A stretch of DNA of 64,000 nucleotides from Lingula anatina (Eukaryota; Animalia; Brachiopoda): contig CM120642.1 in NCBI GenBank assembly GCA_051362555.1, positions 5,146,001 through 5,210,000 of the forward strand, in the 5' to 3' direction. The notes beneath the pieces are model-generated. The model was given only the letters and a program-made list of their open reading frames with translations. It was not told where the DNA came from and ran no database searches. Position numbers and translations under genes: made by a program. Shown piece after piece: positions 23,609 through 36,100 of the stretch (position 1 is the stretch's first letter; every line of letters begins with the position of its first letter).

Positions 23609-25859
23609 TCAAGTAAATAAATTTTCCATATAATGTTTAAACTGTATAATATCAGTCATGAGCGAGCAAAAACAGTCGTCCACAGTAAATCCTGCTGACC
23701 ACGGTGAACGTTCCACTTCCAAAACTGATTTGCTCCTTATTGGTCTAGGTTGTTCACAGAATATTGTTATTTTTCCATTTAACTGTCTGAAATATTGCAG
23801 CTCAACATAGAAGTCATTGTCCTGTTTTGCTATTTCTTCCATTAATTTGTTCCTGAAATAATCGTAAACTGTAAAGTCTACGCTATCAGAAGTCTTATGT
23901 CTGGCAATAAGCTCGCCGTCAACGAAGCTCTCAGCATTGTACTTTCCCGTTAGTTTCCTCCTATAAACAATGTCTCTTAAATCCCAACACAGGCGACGTC
24001 GAAGTAAAACGAGGCCCTCGTCTGTTTTGTCCAGAATTGCTACAAAATCGTAATAGTTTGCCAGCTTATTCAAAAACGCTTTCAGATTTGTTTTATTATC
24101 CCTTAAACTTTCGTGATACATCCCCATTTCTTGAGACATACTGTTTCTCCTCATCCCAGGAGGAATCTTAAAGGATTTGCTCCATTTGTCATAACTGATT
24201 AGAAATTCTTTCATGTGATTGTCACTAGAAAACGGTAAGGTTGATTCAAGTCTCCTTCGATAAAAAAAGAACGCAGATATAAACTTAGAAAAGGGTTCTC
24301 TAACCAGACCAATTTTGAAAACGTCCTTAGGCATCGTCTTTCTGAAATGGGCTTCGTTAAAAGGGCAGTGATGAGCCATGATGTCGTATTTCTGGTTCAG
24401 TGGCAATGCAGACCCAAATGGGACAACTCGGAGTTTATTCATGAAAGCATAACGTAAGAATATATTCGTATGCGTCGTAGAACCACATTTGTGAACTTTG
24501 CGAAATAGAATATGGTTCTTTGGCATGCAGTTGAATATACCGTTTCTTTTTGGAAGACCGTCCCTCCATGCTTTAAATGCCTCCTCATAAGCGGTCGAAC
24601 GGCTGCTATTCATTGGTCTAAAAAATTGATTGACGTTAATGATAAAATAGGCAAAAGTTTGCATTTTCACTGGGCCTATACATGTATGTTCAGATCTAAA
24701 AAGTATGTCCACTGGATATTTTCTCAATCAAGACAACATATTTTGGTTTAGAAAAAAAACTTACCTAAGACAGGTCCATTGTGTTAAGCAATAAATCAGT
24801 AGGAATCAAACTAAAATTGCAGTGAGGCATGGGGTGTCTTCTTAGTATGTACCACCAGCAGAAAGTGTTTTCAACACATAAATGTGCCAATGACGTGTTC
24901 ACAAGGAACTTTTAAAACTTTCTCCTTTGAAAAGGAGCAAGACTCCTCATTACAAATTGGCTACTATAATACCCATGTACTGGTCCTTATAACTAATGAA
25001 CAACGGTTGGCGCAATGTTTTCTAGAGCTGTAAAATAAGCCATTTCCCATTTGATCTACGACATAAGCAAATATCCAATTACTATTAATTTGCAGTCGTC
25101 ACTTGACAGTCGATACGGAATCGCCGCCAGGGCGCGGTCCCACACGTGGTACAGGACTAGCTGGAAATGCCGATCCCCGCACCGGTTCAGTGATGGTTTC
25201 TCTATCCTTTCATGGGTGGGCCGCCTTGCCTCCTCTCAAGAACCAGAAACCACCACTGACTGCCACGTGACGACTGCAATACCACGAGCAGTGTCACCTA
25301 TACTGAGGTAGTGACAACTCCCTGAAGATGTCCCTGTGATAAAGGACGAAACGTCTAGCAGATCTATATGAGTTTCCAGTATGGGGTTTAATATTTTTGC
25401 CTTTTGAACATCACAACTGAATGAACCTTACCATAATTCAAATTTTGATATAAAACCCCATAATTATTCTGCACAATTTTATTAGCCATTTAGTAAAGTT
25501 GGACTAGAAATGTTCCCAAACACTTGTTTTCGCTGTACTGCAGACAAAAAAAGTACAAATAGGGTCAACCCTCAGCCACAGCAACGTAAGTTCCAACTTA
25601 GCGTTGGTAGGGATTATAATTTGAGAGTGTATTTTGCAGAAAGTATGACATTTTACTTAATTATAAATACTTACCCATTGCGGCAGATTTTCACATCTGA
25701 TCGTACAATTTCCCTTCCGTGTGGACGAGCGTTTTTTTCCATTTCAAAAGATACCACTCGTAGATTATTTGGTACTTTGAGTAGAACATATAACGTTAGA
25801 AAAGTGATGAAACTGACAAGTATAAAAGACAAAATACGTCTGAGAGATGTCCGCGCCAT
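23609..25859 (-). CDS. Galactose-3-O-sulfotransferase-like protein, copy E (exons 25675-25859 and 23609-24617), intact
   Basis: PAPS motifs FRKVHKCGSTT / REPFSKFISAFFFY; TM exon MARTSLRRILSFILVSFITFLTLYVLL; gg|gtaagt donor, tttttag acceptor, in frame. Confidence 0.88.
25090..25430. mobile_element. Penelope-like retroelement remnant (GIY-YIG C-terminus on minus strand, inverted pLTR-like piece on plus strand)
   Basis: Minus strand 25128-25214 reads HERIEKPSLNRCGDRHFQLVLYHVWDRAL, resembling the EAI..I.KPSLNR.GG...L..VWD end of PLE endonucleases; 25090-25111 and 25258-25279 are inverted copies. Confidence 0.75.
25316..25375 (+). ncRNA. Minimal hammerhead ribozyme-like motif of the PLE type
   Basis: CTGAAGA-t-GTCC-ctgtgataaa-GGAC-GAAA-CGTC (25322-25355): core boxes, stem II and a GUC triplet; stem I pairing is weak. 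Confidence 0.55.
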
Positions 25860-26668
25860 TCTTTCCTGATGTCGGTGCACATTTACGCTTTTTAAACCCA
25901 CATTCACGTTACTCAACAATTTCCATGCATCACTATTATATGTCATGCGTAGAAACAGCTGACAGAAAGTGTGATCAATTTTTTATCGAGTCCAATAGAT
26001 GTGAAGAACATTAGTGATAGAAACTGTACGTATTTAAAATCGCAAACAGTGAGAAAGTTTCCATTTACCTTTCTCCATTTTATTTTTCACAGATTGCAAC
26101 AGTTATAGCTAGTGTAAGAACGATTGGTCAGTTGGAGAAAAACAGTTTATTCCGGTTCAAGCGAAATAACAGTTATCCATTATTAAATTAAATATAACTT
26201 GGCATTTGAGAAATTAATGATGCCAGCTACAGTTTAACTGACATATTACATCAATATGGTCAACTGATGACAAATACCATTTAATCAACCTATATAAAAT
26301 ATATGAATAATATGTTTGTTTCTAAATCTGAGATTAAACAGGAATTCAAGAAAAAGGATATTTCAGCTGGGTAAGAAAAAATGAATGTGCTCATTTTGAC
26401 AAACTCTCTAGATGTCTGTCGATTATGTTGAAGTCTATAAAACTAAATGAATATGACTTGTGCATGTTGTATATACCTGGTCTCTGTTTTAACTTAATAT
26501 CTGGTACAAACAATATTTGTATTTGGTATCTTTGCAGTGAGGTATGTATAAAGGGATGAGGTAAAATAAAATTTAATGTTTAATTATTTGATACTACACC
26601 ATGCGATGGCAGATTTAAAAATGGGCCAAATAATAGTAACATAAATGGTCAGAGCATTGAGAAATTAA

Positions 26669-26733
<65 letters not shown>
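26669..26733. repeat. Poly(A) tract followed by (GA)n; coincides with the deletion breakpoint of duplication unit 1
   Basis: Direct reading; unit 1 has aaaaaagcaa(ga)n at ~16575-16603. Confidence 0.8.
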
Positions 26734-27825
26734 ACAAAAGAATTAATGTGAAATTACCGTTGAAGACGCCTAATCTTGGGCTCACACCATCAACTATTAG
26801 AACTTCATCATAATCATCCAAGCAATTTACAACACAAAGCTATTGACATTCGTTATTTTCTTCTATCAAAACATTTCAAGCCTGGCTACTCTGCAACATG
26901 TAGCACTTCCACATCCTGACTGCAAACCTTTCCACTGTCTTATGATGTAACCGACATTGGCAGCAAAAACATGAAAGGCAAACCTAACACAATAAAAGGT
27001 ACATATGAACCTAGCGTCGGTGGAGCGTTCATTCACATTAACACATATAAACAACTTCTACTAGTTTCTTGTACGACTCAAATAAATTCCAAATGCCCAG
27101 GGATGAACTAAATAAATCACTCAATCAACCATAAAAGAGATTTAAACTGCTCTTTTCTTTAATTTTATAACCTTTAGCTACTCATCTAACTAACTTCTCG
27201 GCCCCTTTCATAGACGGCATAGAAAGCTAGCAGAGAAATCCGTTCAAATATCATTTTTCGGGTAATATTAAACGATTCTCCTAGTTATACTAATTGAAAC
27301 TATATACTGGCATTCGGCTGGTTTTTGTGGTAAAAAATTGACTTCAAATTATTTAATAACTCTCAAATAAATGTACTAGATATGGTTTTCTCAAATGATA
27401 TAAAAGGACACGCTTGACGAGCTGAGCTACATGTATCCCATCTCACTACAGTACACCTAGCTAGCCATATCAATACAATAATCACATCATTAGAGTCAAT
27501 AATTCTTATCCCTCTGGCTCTGTTGGCTCATACACTGCCATTGTAGTCAAGGCTACGCACGTGCCCCTACATTGACTTCCGATCTATAATCAGACAGTCA
27601 GCTGGAATGGCATGAATTGGTTTGGGCACGCCCAACTTAAATGGAAACACAGTTAAAAGCAGCTCTGCTGTTTCACCCTATTCCTATGTAACTGAGGTTA
27701 TTCACATTTCCCTAGTTTGGGTTCATATCTGTAATTAGGCAGCCACCACAAATGCACCGAGTTGGGTCCCACACAATTTGAATTAAAACATGGCATAAAA
27801 CAGTAATTAGTATTTAGATACATGG

Positions 27826-27827
<2 letters not shown>

Positions 27828-27882
<55 letters not shown>
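27828..27882. repeat. (TA)n microsatellite; others at 13690-13722 (TA), 21037-21077 (ATT), 33117-33158 (AC), 47054-47081 (AAC)
   Basis: Direct reading. Confidence 0.9.
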
Positions 27883-27883
<1 letters not shown>

Positions 27884-30639
27884 CTGAACAACCCTCATTT
27901 TCCCATTTTTAAGCCCGCATACGCATTACCGACGATCTTTGTACATCACCATATCACGTGTGGAAACAGCTGCCAGAAAATTTAATCAAAATTTTATCGA
28001 GTGCAATGAATAGGAAGAACATTAGTCCATACATTTAAAAGTCATACGTATTAACGTCGGTCATGCTATTTTAAAGGAGGGTCAAGAAAGCGTTAAGCAA
28101 TGAAGCTAAATTACATTTTAGATAATCCGTATTAATTTCCAAAATGTATATATTTTCAAGCATTGAAATTACTAACCTGTGCTTAATGCTTGAGCTTGCA
28201 ATGCAAAGAATGGATATTATCGTTCTCTCAGCTAAAGTCCAAGTAAGTATAAATGGCCATTTAATCAATAATGCAAACGCATAAATGAAAATTAATCTAG
28301 TACAAAGGCATGTTTCTCTCTTTTTCCTATAATAAAAGAGTTATCTACGTTATGAAGTGAATGCTTCATTTGCTTCACCAACGTGGAGAAGTCACGAGAA
28401 AAAAAATTAGTGAAAATCTATCAATATTTCAGAATGCAGCATAAGTTTGGCTAAAATCTACTTTCCTGACAATTTAACCCATTCTATCGTGGCAGCTTTC
28501 ATTGTTTTACACATAAACCTTTGCAAAGAATCCGATTTGCCTATCATGGTGCAGGTCTGAAAATGTCACAAACATAATTGTATTTATCATCCGCTGAAAA
28601 ATCTCACCGACCATCAATAGTTTAGGCAGTTAATCTCGTAATATCCGGAAGGAAGTGTGAGAACAGAGATCGCGAAAATGTCGGAGTTTGAAAAAAAAAT
28701 CACAAAAGCGCGGGGTTAAGGGCTATGATTTTCCAAGATTGTCAAAGTTATAGCAAGTGTAAGGAAAGGTGGGTTAGTTGGAGAAAAATACCGTTTACAC
28801 CGGCTAAATTCTTTAAGCGCAATTTATCCTAGACTGTGCACCTCTAATATTTATCAACCGATGATAACCATGCCTGCTCAAAATTTCTGTTCACGTGTGC
28901 ATATTTATTTGATTCCGGTGTAAAAAACTCTACGATATCTTTCATAATATTCTGAAAGCAAACTTTATGAACATAAAAATGTCCTTTGATGATCAAAATC
29001 AGAAAAATAATAATAATAAAATAAATACAATAATAAATACATGTTAACAATTTAATTAAAATTACATATAACCCCAATTGTTGTTCATCACAGCTAGTTT
29101 AACTGATATTATACATCAATATGGTCAACTGATGACAAATAACATTTAATCAACCTATAACATATATGAATATTATGTTTGTTTCCAATTCTGACATTAA
29201 ACAGGAATTCAAGAAAAAAGTATTTCGGCTGGGTAAAAAAAATGGATGTGCTCATTTTGTCAAACTCTAATTTCCACCACTAGAAGTCTGTCGATAATTT
29301 GTTAAGTCTACAAAACTAAGTGAATATGACATGTGCATGTTGTTTATACCTGACCTCTGTTATAACTTAATTTCTGGTACATATAATATTTGTGTATGGC
29401 ATCTTTGCAGAGAGGTATGTATTCAAGGAAGAGGTAAATTCATGTAAGTATTTAATACTAAACAATGTGATGGCAGATTTAACAAAAACCAAAAAGTGGG
29501 TCCAACATTTTAGTATTATTAACTGTTAAAGCATTGAGAATTTAACAAATAAATAAATAAAAAATAATAATAAATAAGAAACTGCAGCTAAATTTGCTCA
29601 TCAAAAATTGTTGAAAACGTCTAATGCTGGGCTCACGCCATCGCCTAAAGAACATTATAGTCATCCAAGCAATTTACAACACAAAGCCATTGACATTCTT
29701 TATTTTCTTCTATCAAAACATTTCTATCTTGGATACTCTGTAACATGTATCACTTCCACATCCTGACTGCAAACTTTTCCACTGGAAGAGGTTCAGTTCT
29801 TTTGTGTGTGATACATGTAACTGACATTAGCAGCAAAAACATCAAAGGCACATCTAACACAATGACAGTTATATCCACAGTTGTGCTGATAAGTATCACT
29901 GCTAAGGAGAATGACTTACTTTACTGATATGATTTAATATCTCTTCAATAAATATATTACGTATAGTTTTCTCAGATGCTATAAAAGGACGAGTATGCCC
30001 AGCCAACTAGCCATCTCAATACAATAATCACATCGTTATAGGCAATAATACTTATCCCTCTGGATTTGTTGGCTCATCCACTGCCATTGTAGTCAAGGCT
30101 ACGCACATGCCCCTACAATTACTTCTGATCTATAATCAGACAGTCAGCTGAAATGGCATAAATTGGGTTGGGCAGGCCCAGCTTAAATGGAAACATGGTA
30201 AAAAGCAGCTCTGCTGTTTCAAACAACTCCTATGTAGCTCTGGTTATTTGTGTGCCTAGATTTGCTCCATATTTTTAATTAGGCAGCCATCAGAAATGCA
30301 CAGAGTTGGGTCCCATCCAACTTAAATTGAAATATGGCATAAAACAGTAATTAGTTAGATACATGGCATATATGACTGAACAACTCTCATTTACTACAAA
30401 ACTCATTCCCTTTCTATGACGTTTCTAATTCATGTATTTTACTAAACCCTAGCCAACAGTTTGAAGAAAGGTAAGAGTATAGTTTTATTGAACTCAGTCT
30501 TAATTTTCAATGATTTCAGTCCATACATTCAATGTTCATTTTCCATAATTTAAATCGATTCAGTATTCCATTTAAGTGAACACAGTCCATTACTTAAAAA
30601 ACTCACTATTAATGAACTCAGTCTATAGTTTAAATGAAT

Positions 30640-33114
30640 TCAGTCCATAGTTTTAATAAACTCAATGGCAGAAGAGAACTGCATCCACCAGTACTGCTCC
30701 TCTCCTGTCAGCCTCCTCTCGTAAAAACTATTCACGTACTGTACAGTGGACAGCATGGAAGGAGGGTTGGCCTTGATAATGACGAAAATCAGAACAGGCA
30801 TAAAGTCGTCTGCTGCTGGGACTGAGCGCTCATTTGCCATGCTCAATAGGTTCATTATGGTTGATGAACAACGTAGCACACAGCGGAGTTTGTCCTTAGG
30901 TGTCTGAAAAACCAGCATTTTCATGGAAACTATATATCCTAGGTCTTTACTTTATCCACCAAACTTTTTTACAATATGGTGGTGATGTGAAGAATGGCAG
31001 GTTCAAGAACAAAACTGCCATTTTTATCATTTTTAAGTATCACTTGACTAAAAATTACTCTAATTTTCAACTGCGCATCTCACCTTGCTGATTATATGTC
31101 ACAGATATAAGGGCGACTGTGAAGTGTTCCTTTTAGCCAAATAAATTTTTAATCAAATCACTTGCTAAAACACTTCCAGCCATAATACACTTTTAGATAT
31201 CTGTTAACTTTGAAATAACTCTTGGATGCCAACTTTACCTTGTAGACATTGATCATCTGCAGTTCTGCCTGGGCAGATGGCCAAGGACACTCATGGCGAT
31301 AACTTTTTGGAATCCTCAGAGACTTATGGTTGGGGGTGATCACTTTAGAAAGTCTGCTCATGTGCTGATGGAGAATTCTAGAGAGAAAGATTTTAGGGGT
31401 TAAAAAATTTGTAAATATTTCAATTGAAAACCATGACTGTTAAATATCTTTCCCATGACGAAGACTGCTGATTTTGGCAAGCCTGACAATATAAGACCTT
31501 GTGCATCTGGGACACTTACTTTTGGACTGGTACAATTTTTGCTGAATAACTCAAAAATTAAAGTCTTGGTTGACAGCAAAGCAAAATTTCATGCGTAAAC
31601 AATAATTAGAATTAAACTATTTCAATAGCTACTGCATGACAGATCTGACCTTAGGGGTTTCCAAATACTTTTTTGATTTGCTTCATCACTATTTACACTT
31701 GTTATCAATGTTTTCTGTAAATCACTAATTACTTAAAACATAAATTATATTATAGACATTAACTGTCACTAAACAAGAACTTACTGATCTCTGGAAATGT
31801 CCATGTCCCCATTTGGGTACATAGCCAAGGTGTAGATGTGGCTCATCACAGTGCGTTCTATGGCAAGTTCCGCATCTTCCAACTGGCTCTCACTGGCAGC
31901 TAATAAACAGAATTTGCAAATGATTCATGGACGCTGCGGAAAAATGGGAACTCAGTAAATGTTTCAGTGTAACGAAAGCCCAATCCCACCTCCCTCACTC
32001 CACTTTGATAACAATGATAAACACTGGAGAAAAACAACCTTAAAATCATATCACGGAAACTGGTTGTATCTTTCTTAACCTCCACTACAGTACTTTTTCA
32101 AAAGGCACAGTGTGTACTTCTTCTTATCATTATTAATTCTGTAATTTCAGTTTCAACAAAGTAATAAAAACTTCTGCAAACCCCATACCTTGCCAGACAG
32201 GATCTTGTTCCATGTCTCTATACAGGGTGTTTAGGAAATCTTGAACATAGTCAGTCTAGAACATTAAACAATGCTTATTAATACTTCAATCACCTAAAAA
32301 AGTAAGTGTTAGTCGAAATAAAAAAAACATTCTTGCAAAATAAAGAGGGATCACAAATTCGACTTATAAACAGAATTGAAATTAGGGTACAAGCTTACAA
32401 TCTGTAGTAAGTTTTGGGAGTACTGCAAAAATATGTATTAATGACCTGAAAGTAAAAAGAAACCCGATACCTTTTCATCAGATGCTTTGAGTTTCTGAAA
32501 CTCTTTGAGCAAAAGGTTGATGGATCTCTCTCTCTTTTCCATGAAGAGGCGCACAAGGACAGAGGTGAAGTATTTGTTACAAGTTTCTTTGTCCCTGTAA
32601 AAAAAAACATCAGTTTAAAATAGTTAATAATTAAGAAAGATAGCACCATCAAAGAACAAAGTTACCTGTGAATATTGTTGGGCAGAATCCTAAAATTATT
32701 TCACACAAGGACAATGTTACCTATGAATCCTGTTGAGCAATCTTTCCAGATGGGATCTTGTTGTCAGCAGTCCCTGCTTACATCTTGTCAGGTAGGCAAT
32801 GTATGCGGCTCTGGAACGATATTCCTCGCACAAGGACTTGAGCAATTTCTTCACTCTAGGTAAAAAAGACATGCAAAGAACAATACTATTGTATCAATAC
32901 ACAGCCTTTAGGATTTGAAACAGAATTTTGTATAAAATGGTCATTATTAACAATGTGATGTGTGTCCAAGGAATGCGTGCATGGCAGAGGGTAGGGGTGC
33001 TCTTGCCTCTCTCTTAGTTTCTGAGATCTTTTTGTCCCCCCCCCCCAAAAAAAAAAAAAAAAAAAAAAAATTAAAGGGGGGGGGCTTGACTGACACTGCT
33101 CTGTACTCTCATTC

Positions 33115-33160
<46 letters not shown>

Positions 33161-36100
33161 ACCCATCATTATCAAAACTCTGCAAACACCTAATGGCTTC
33201 ATGCAGCTGTGCAATCAGATCCTTGTCCTGCAGATTAATGGCCTCTGCAAGCTGAACTTTAAGTACCGCGCACACTTGGTTCTCTTTCTTCTGTCCTGGA
33301 GCCTCGGTGCCAGCCCCTGGGGAAGCACAGTTGAGGCCAGTAAGGAGGGGAAGGGTGTGGAAATCTGAAAGATGATATATATGATATGTTCAGGTGGGAA
33401 CTCTAAGCCGAAATGAAACGGGGACCAGAAATAATTTTGTCTGGCTGGGAAGCAAAAATAATTGACTCAAATATAAATATACTTTAACTGCATTCCTTTA
33501 TGCAGAAAAGCATGCCTTTTTATAAGGAATAGATAAGTTATCCTATTCTGATTTAAATTCATCTGTGTAGTATATTAATTATGTTCACAAACAGTGCTCA
33601 AAATAAAATACAGTGTGGTGAACAACTTCAATTTTGAGGAGAAAGTGCAAAGCTTAAACTTATAATCATGTTACCCTATTGCTTAGCTGGACTTTGTTTT
33701 ATCATACAGAACTGTTTTACTGAGAGATGGAGGTCACTTATTCCTGAAACTTTGTGAAAATGTCCTGTAATTCCTTTCTCTATTACAGAAAACCAATATA
33801 CCTGTTTTAATAACAAGAAAATATAGGTTACCTTGTTACTCAGCTGGACTGTATTTATACATACAACCCCCATGTAGTAAGAGCAGGTTTCTTCTTGGAA
33901 TCTATTCAAGACCTTGTAAAAATTTCACCTAGGCAAATAAATAAACATACCTGTAGTACTAAGGACTAGACGCAACTTCTTCTTGGCATCGCTGAAAGCT
34001 TGGCACCCTTCCAGGTTGTTGGGGTCGTACATGGGCGGTCCTTCCTCCTCCTCCACTTCTTCCGACTTACTACTGCTACTTTGTTCTGCTGGCTCAAGCT
34101 CTATGCTGACCTTTTTACGGTATTTGGCAAGAATATCATCTGGAAAAAAGAACTACTGGCATGTAAACTACTTGACATGCTATTGGTCTTCTTTCAGATT
34201 TATAATTTTGTGCCATCCCCCTTTTTGCTGCTGAAAGTCAAAAGTAAAAAGCTATAAAATTAGTTCTTCTTTCAGAAGGGTGTTATTGTTATATCAAAAT
34301 TTAAATGACAAGAAGTGAAAATCTTGATGTAACTAGAGGATCAGAGAGGCGATACCGCCTCCGAATATTGTACCACCAGCTGGAGCAAGCGCATTCGTAT
34401 AGACCCCCACATACACAAAATAAGGGACACAGCCACCAGTCTTATGCTTGACAAGCTATAAAAATGCAATCAACAAGAATTTTCAAAATACGCAAAAAAT
34501 ATATATAACTTAAAATGGTACAATCAAAGTTAAGTTCATCGTAAGGTAGGTCAAAGGTCAATTTCAAGGTCGCAGTAAATTGCCAGTATATGACTTCCTA
34601 TTCAACTTCAATAGTAACTATGGACCTATCTCTGCCATGTTTGGAGTTAAAAGAGAAAGAAATTAGCAGAGTTCAGTTCATGATTATAAGTAGGTCAAAG
34701 GTCAATTTGAAGGTCACATATAGATTGCCAGTATATGACTTCCTATTCAAGTCCAATAGTAACTATGGACCTATCTCAGCCAGTTTTGGAGATAAAAGGA
34801 AACCAAAATTTGCAAAGTTCAGTTCATGGTGAAAAGTAGGTCAAAGGTCAATTTTAAGGTCACAGTAAGATTGCCAGTATATGACTTCCTATTCAAGTCC
34901 AATAGAAACTACGGACCTATCTCTGCCAGTTTTGGAGATAAAAGGGAAGCAAAATTTGCAATGTTCAGTTCATGGTGAAAAGTAGGTCAAAGGTCAATTT
35001 TAAGGTCACATTTAGATTGCCAGTATATGACTTCCTATTCAAGTTCAATAGTAACTATGGACCTATCTCTGCCAGTTTTGGAGACAAAAGGGAAGCAAAA
35101 TTTGCAAAGTTCAGTTCATGGTGAAAAGTAGGTCAAAGGTCAATTTTAAGGTCACATTTCGATTGCCAGTATATGACTTCCTATTCAAGTTCAATAGTAA
35201 CTATGGACCTATCTCTGACAGTTTTGGAGATAAAAGGGAAGAAAAATTTGCAAAGTTCAGTTCATGGTGAAAAGTAGGTCAAAGGTCAATTTTAAGGTCA
35301 CATTTAGATTGCCAGTATATGACTTCCTATTCAATCAATAGTAACTATGGACCTATCTCTGCCAGTTTTGGAGACAAAAGGGAAGCAAAATTTGCAAAGT
35401 TCAGTTCATGGTGAAAAGTAGGTCAAAGGTCAATTTTAAGGTCACATTTAGATTGCCAGTATATGACTTCCTATTCAAGTTCAATAGTAACTATGGACCT
35501 ATCTCTGACAGTTTTGGAGATAAAAGGGAAGAAAAATTTGCAAAGTTCAGTTCATGGTGAAAAGTAGGTCAAAGGTCAATTTTAAGGTCACATATAGATT
35601 GCCAGTATATGACTTCCTATTCAAGTTCAATAGTAACTATGGACCTATCTCTGCCAGTTTTGGAGATAAAAGGGAAGAAAAATTTGCAAAGTTCAGTTCA
35701 TGGTGAAAAGTAGGTCAAAGGTCAATTTTAAGGTCACATATAGATTGCCAGTATATGACTTCCTATTCAAGTTCAATAGTAACTATGGACCTATCTCTGC
35801 CAGTTTTGGAGACAAAAGGGAAGCAAAATTTGCAAAGTTCAGTTCATGGTGAAAAGTAGGTCAAAGGTCAATTTTAAGGTCACATTTATATTGCCAGTAT
35901 ATGACTTCCTATTCAAGTTCAATAGTAACTATGGACCTATCTCCGCCAGTTTTGGAGATAAAAGGAAAGCAAAATTTGCAAAGTTCAGTTCATGGTGAAA
36001 AGTAGGTCAAAGGTCAATTTTAAGGTCACATTTATATTGCCAGTATATGACTTCCTATTCAACTTCAATAGTAACTATGGACCTATCTCTGCCAGGTTTG

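Larger units (their letters stand above)
25950..27890. repeat. Older diverged duplicate of ~27955-30390 (region downstream of GAPVD1)
   Basis: e.g. catcaatatggtcaactgatgacaaata at ~26250 and ~29114; tctataatcagacagtcagctg at ~27583, ~30129 and ~17452. Confidence 0.8.
18708..28884. repeat. Tandem segmental duplication, unit 2 (complete copy)
   Basis: Collinear with 10802-18706; similarity ends at tgcctgctcaaaat (18706 vs 28884). Confidence 0.9.
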
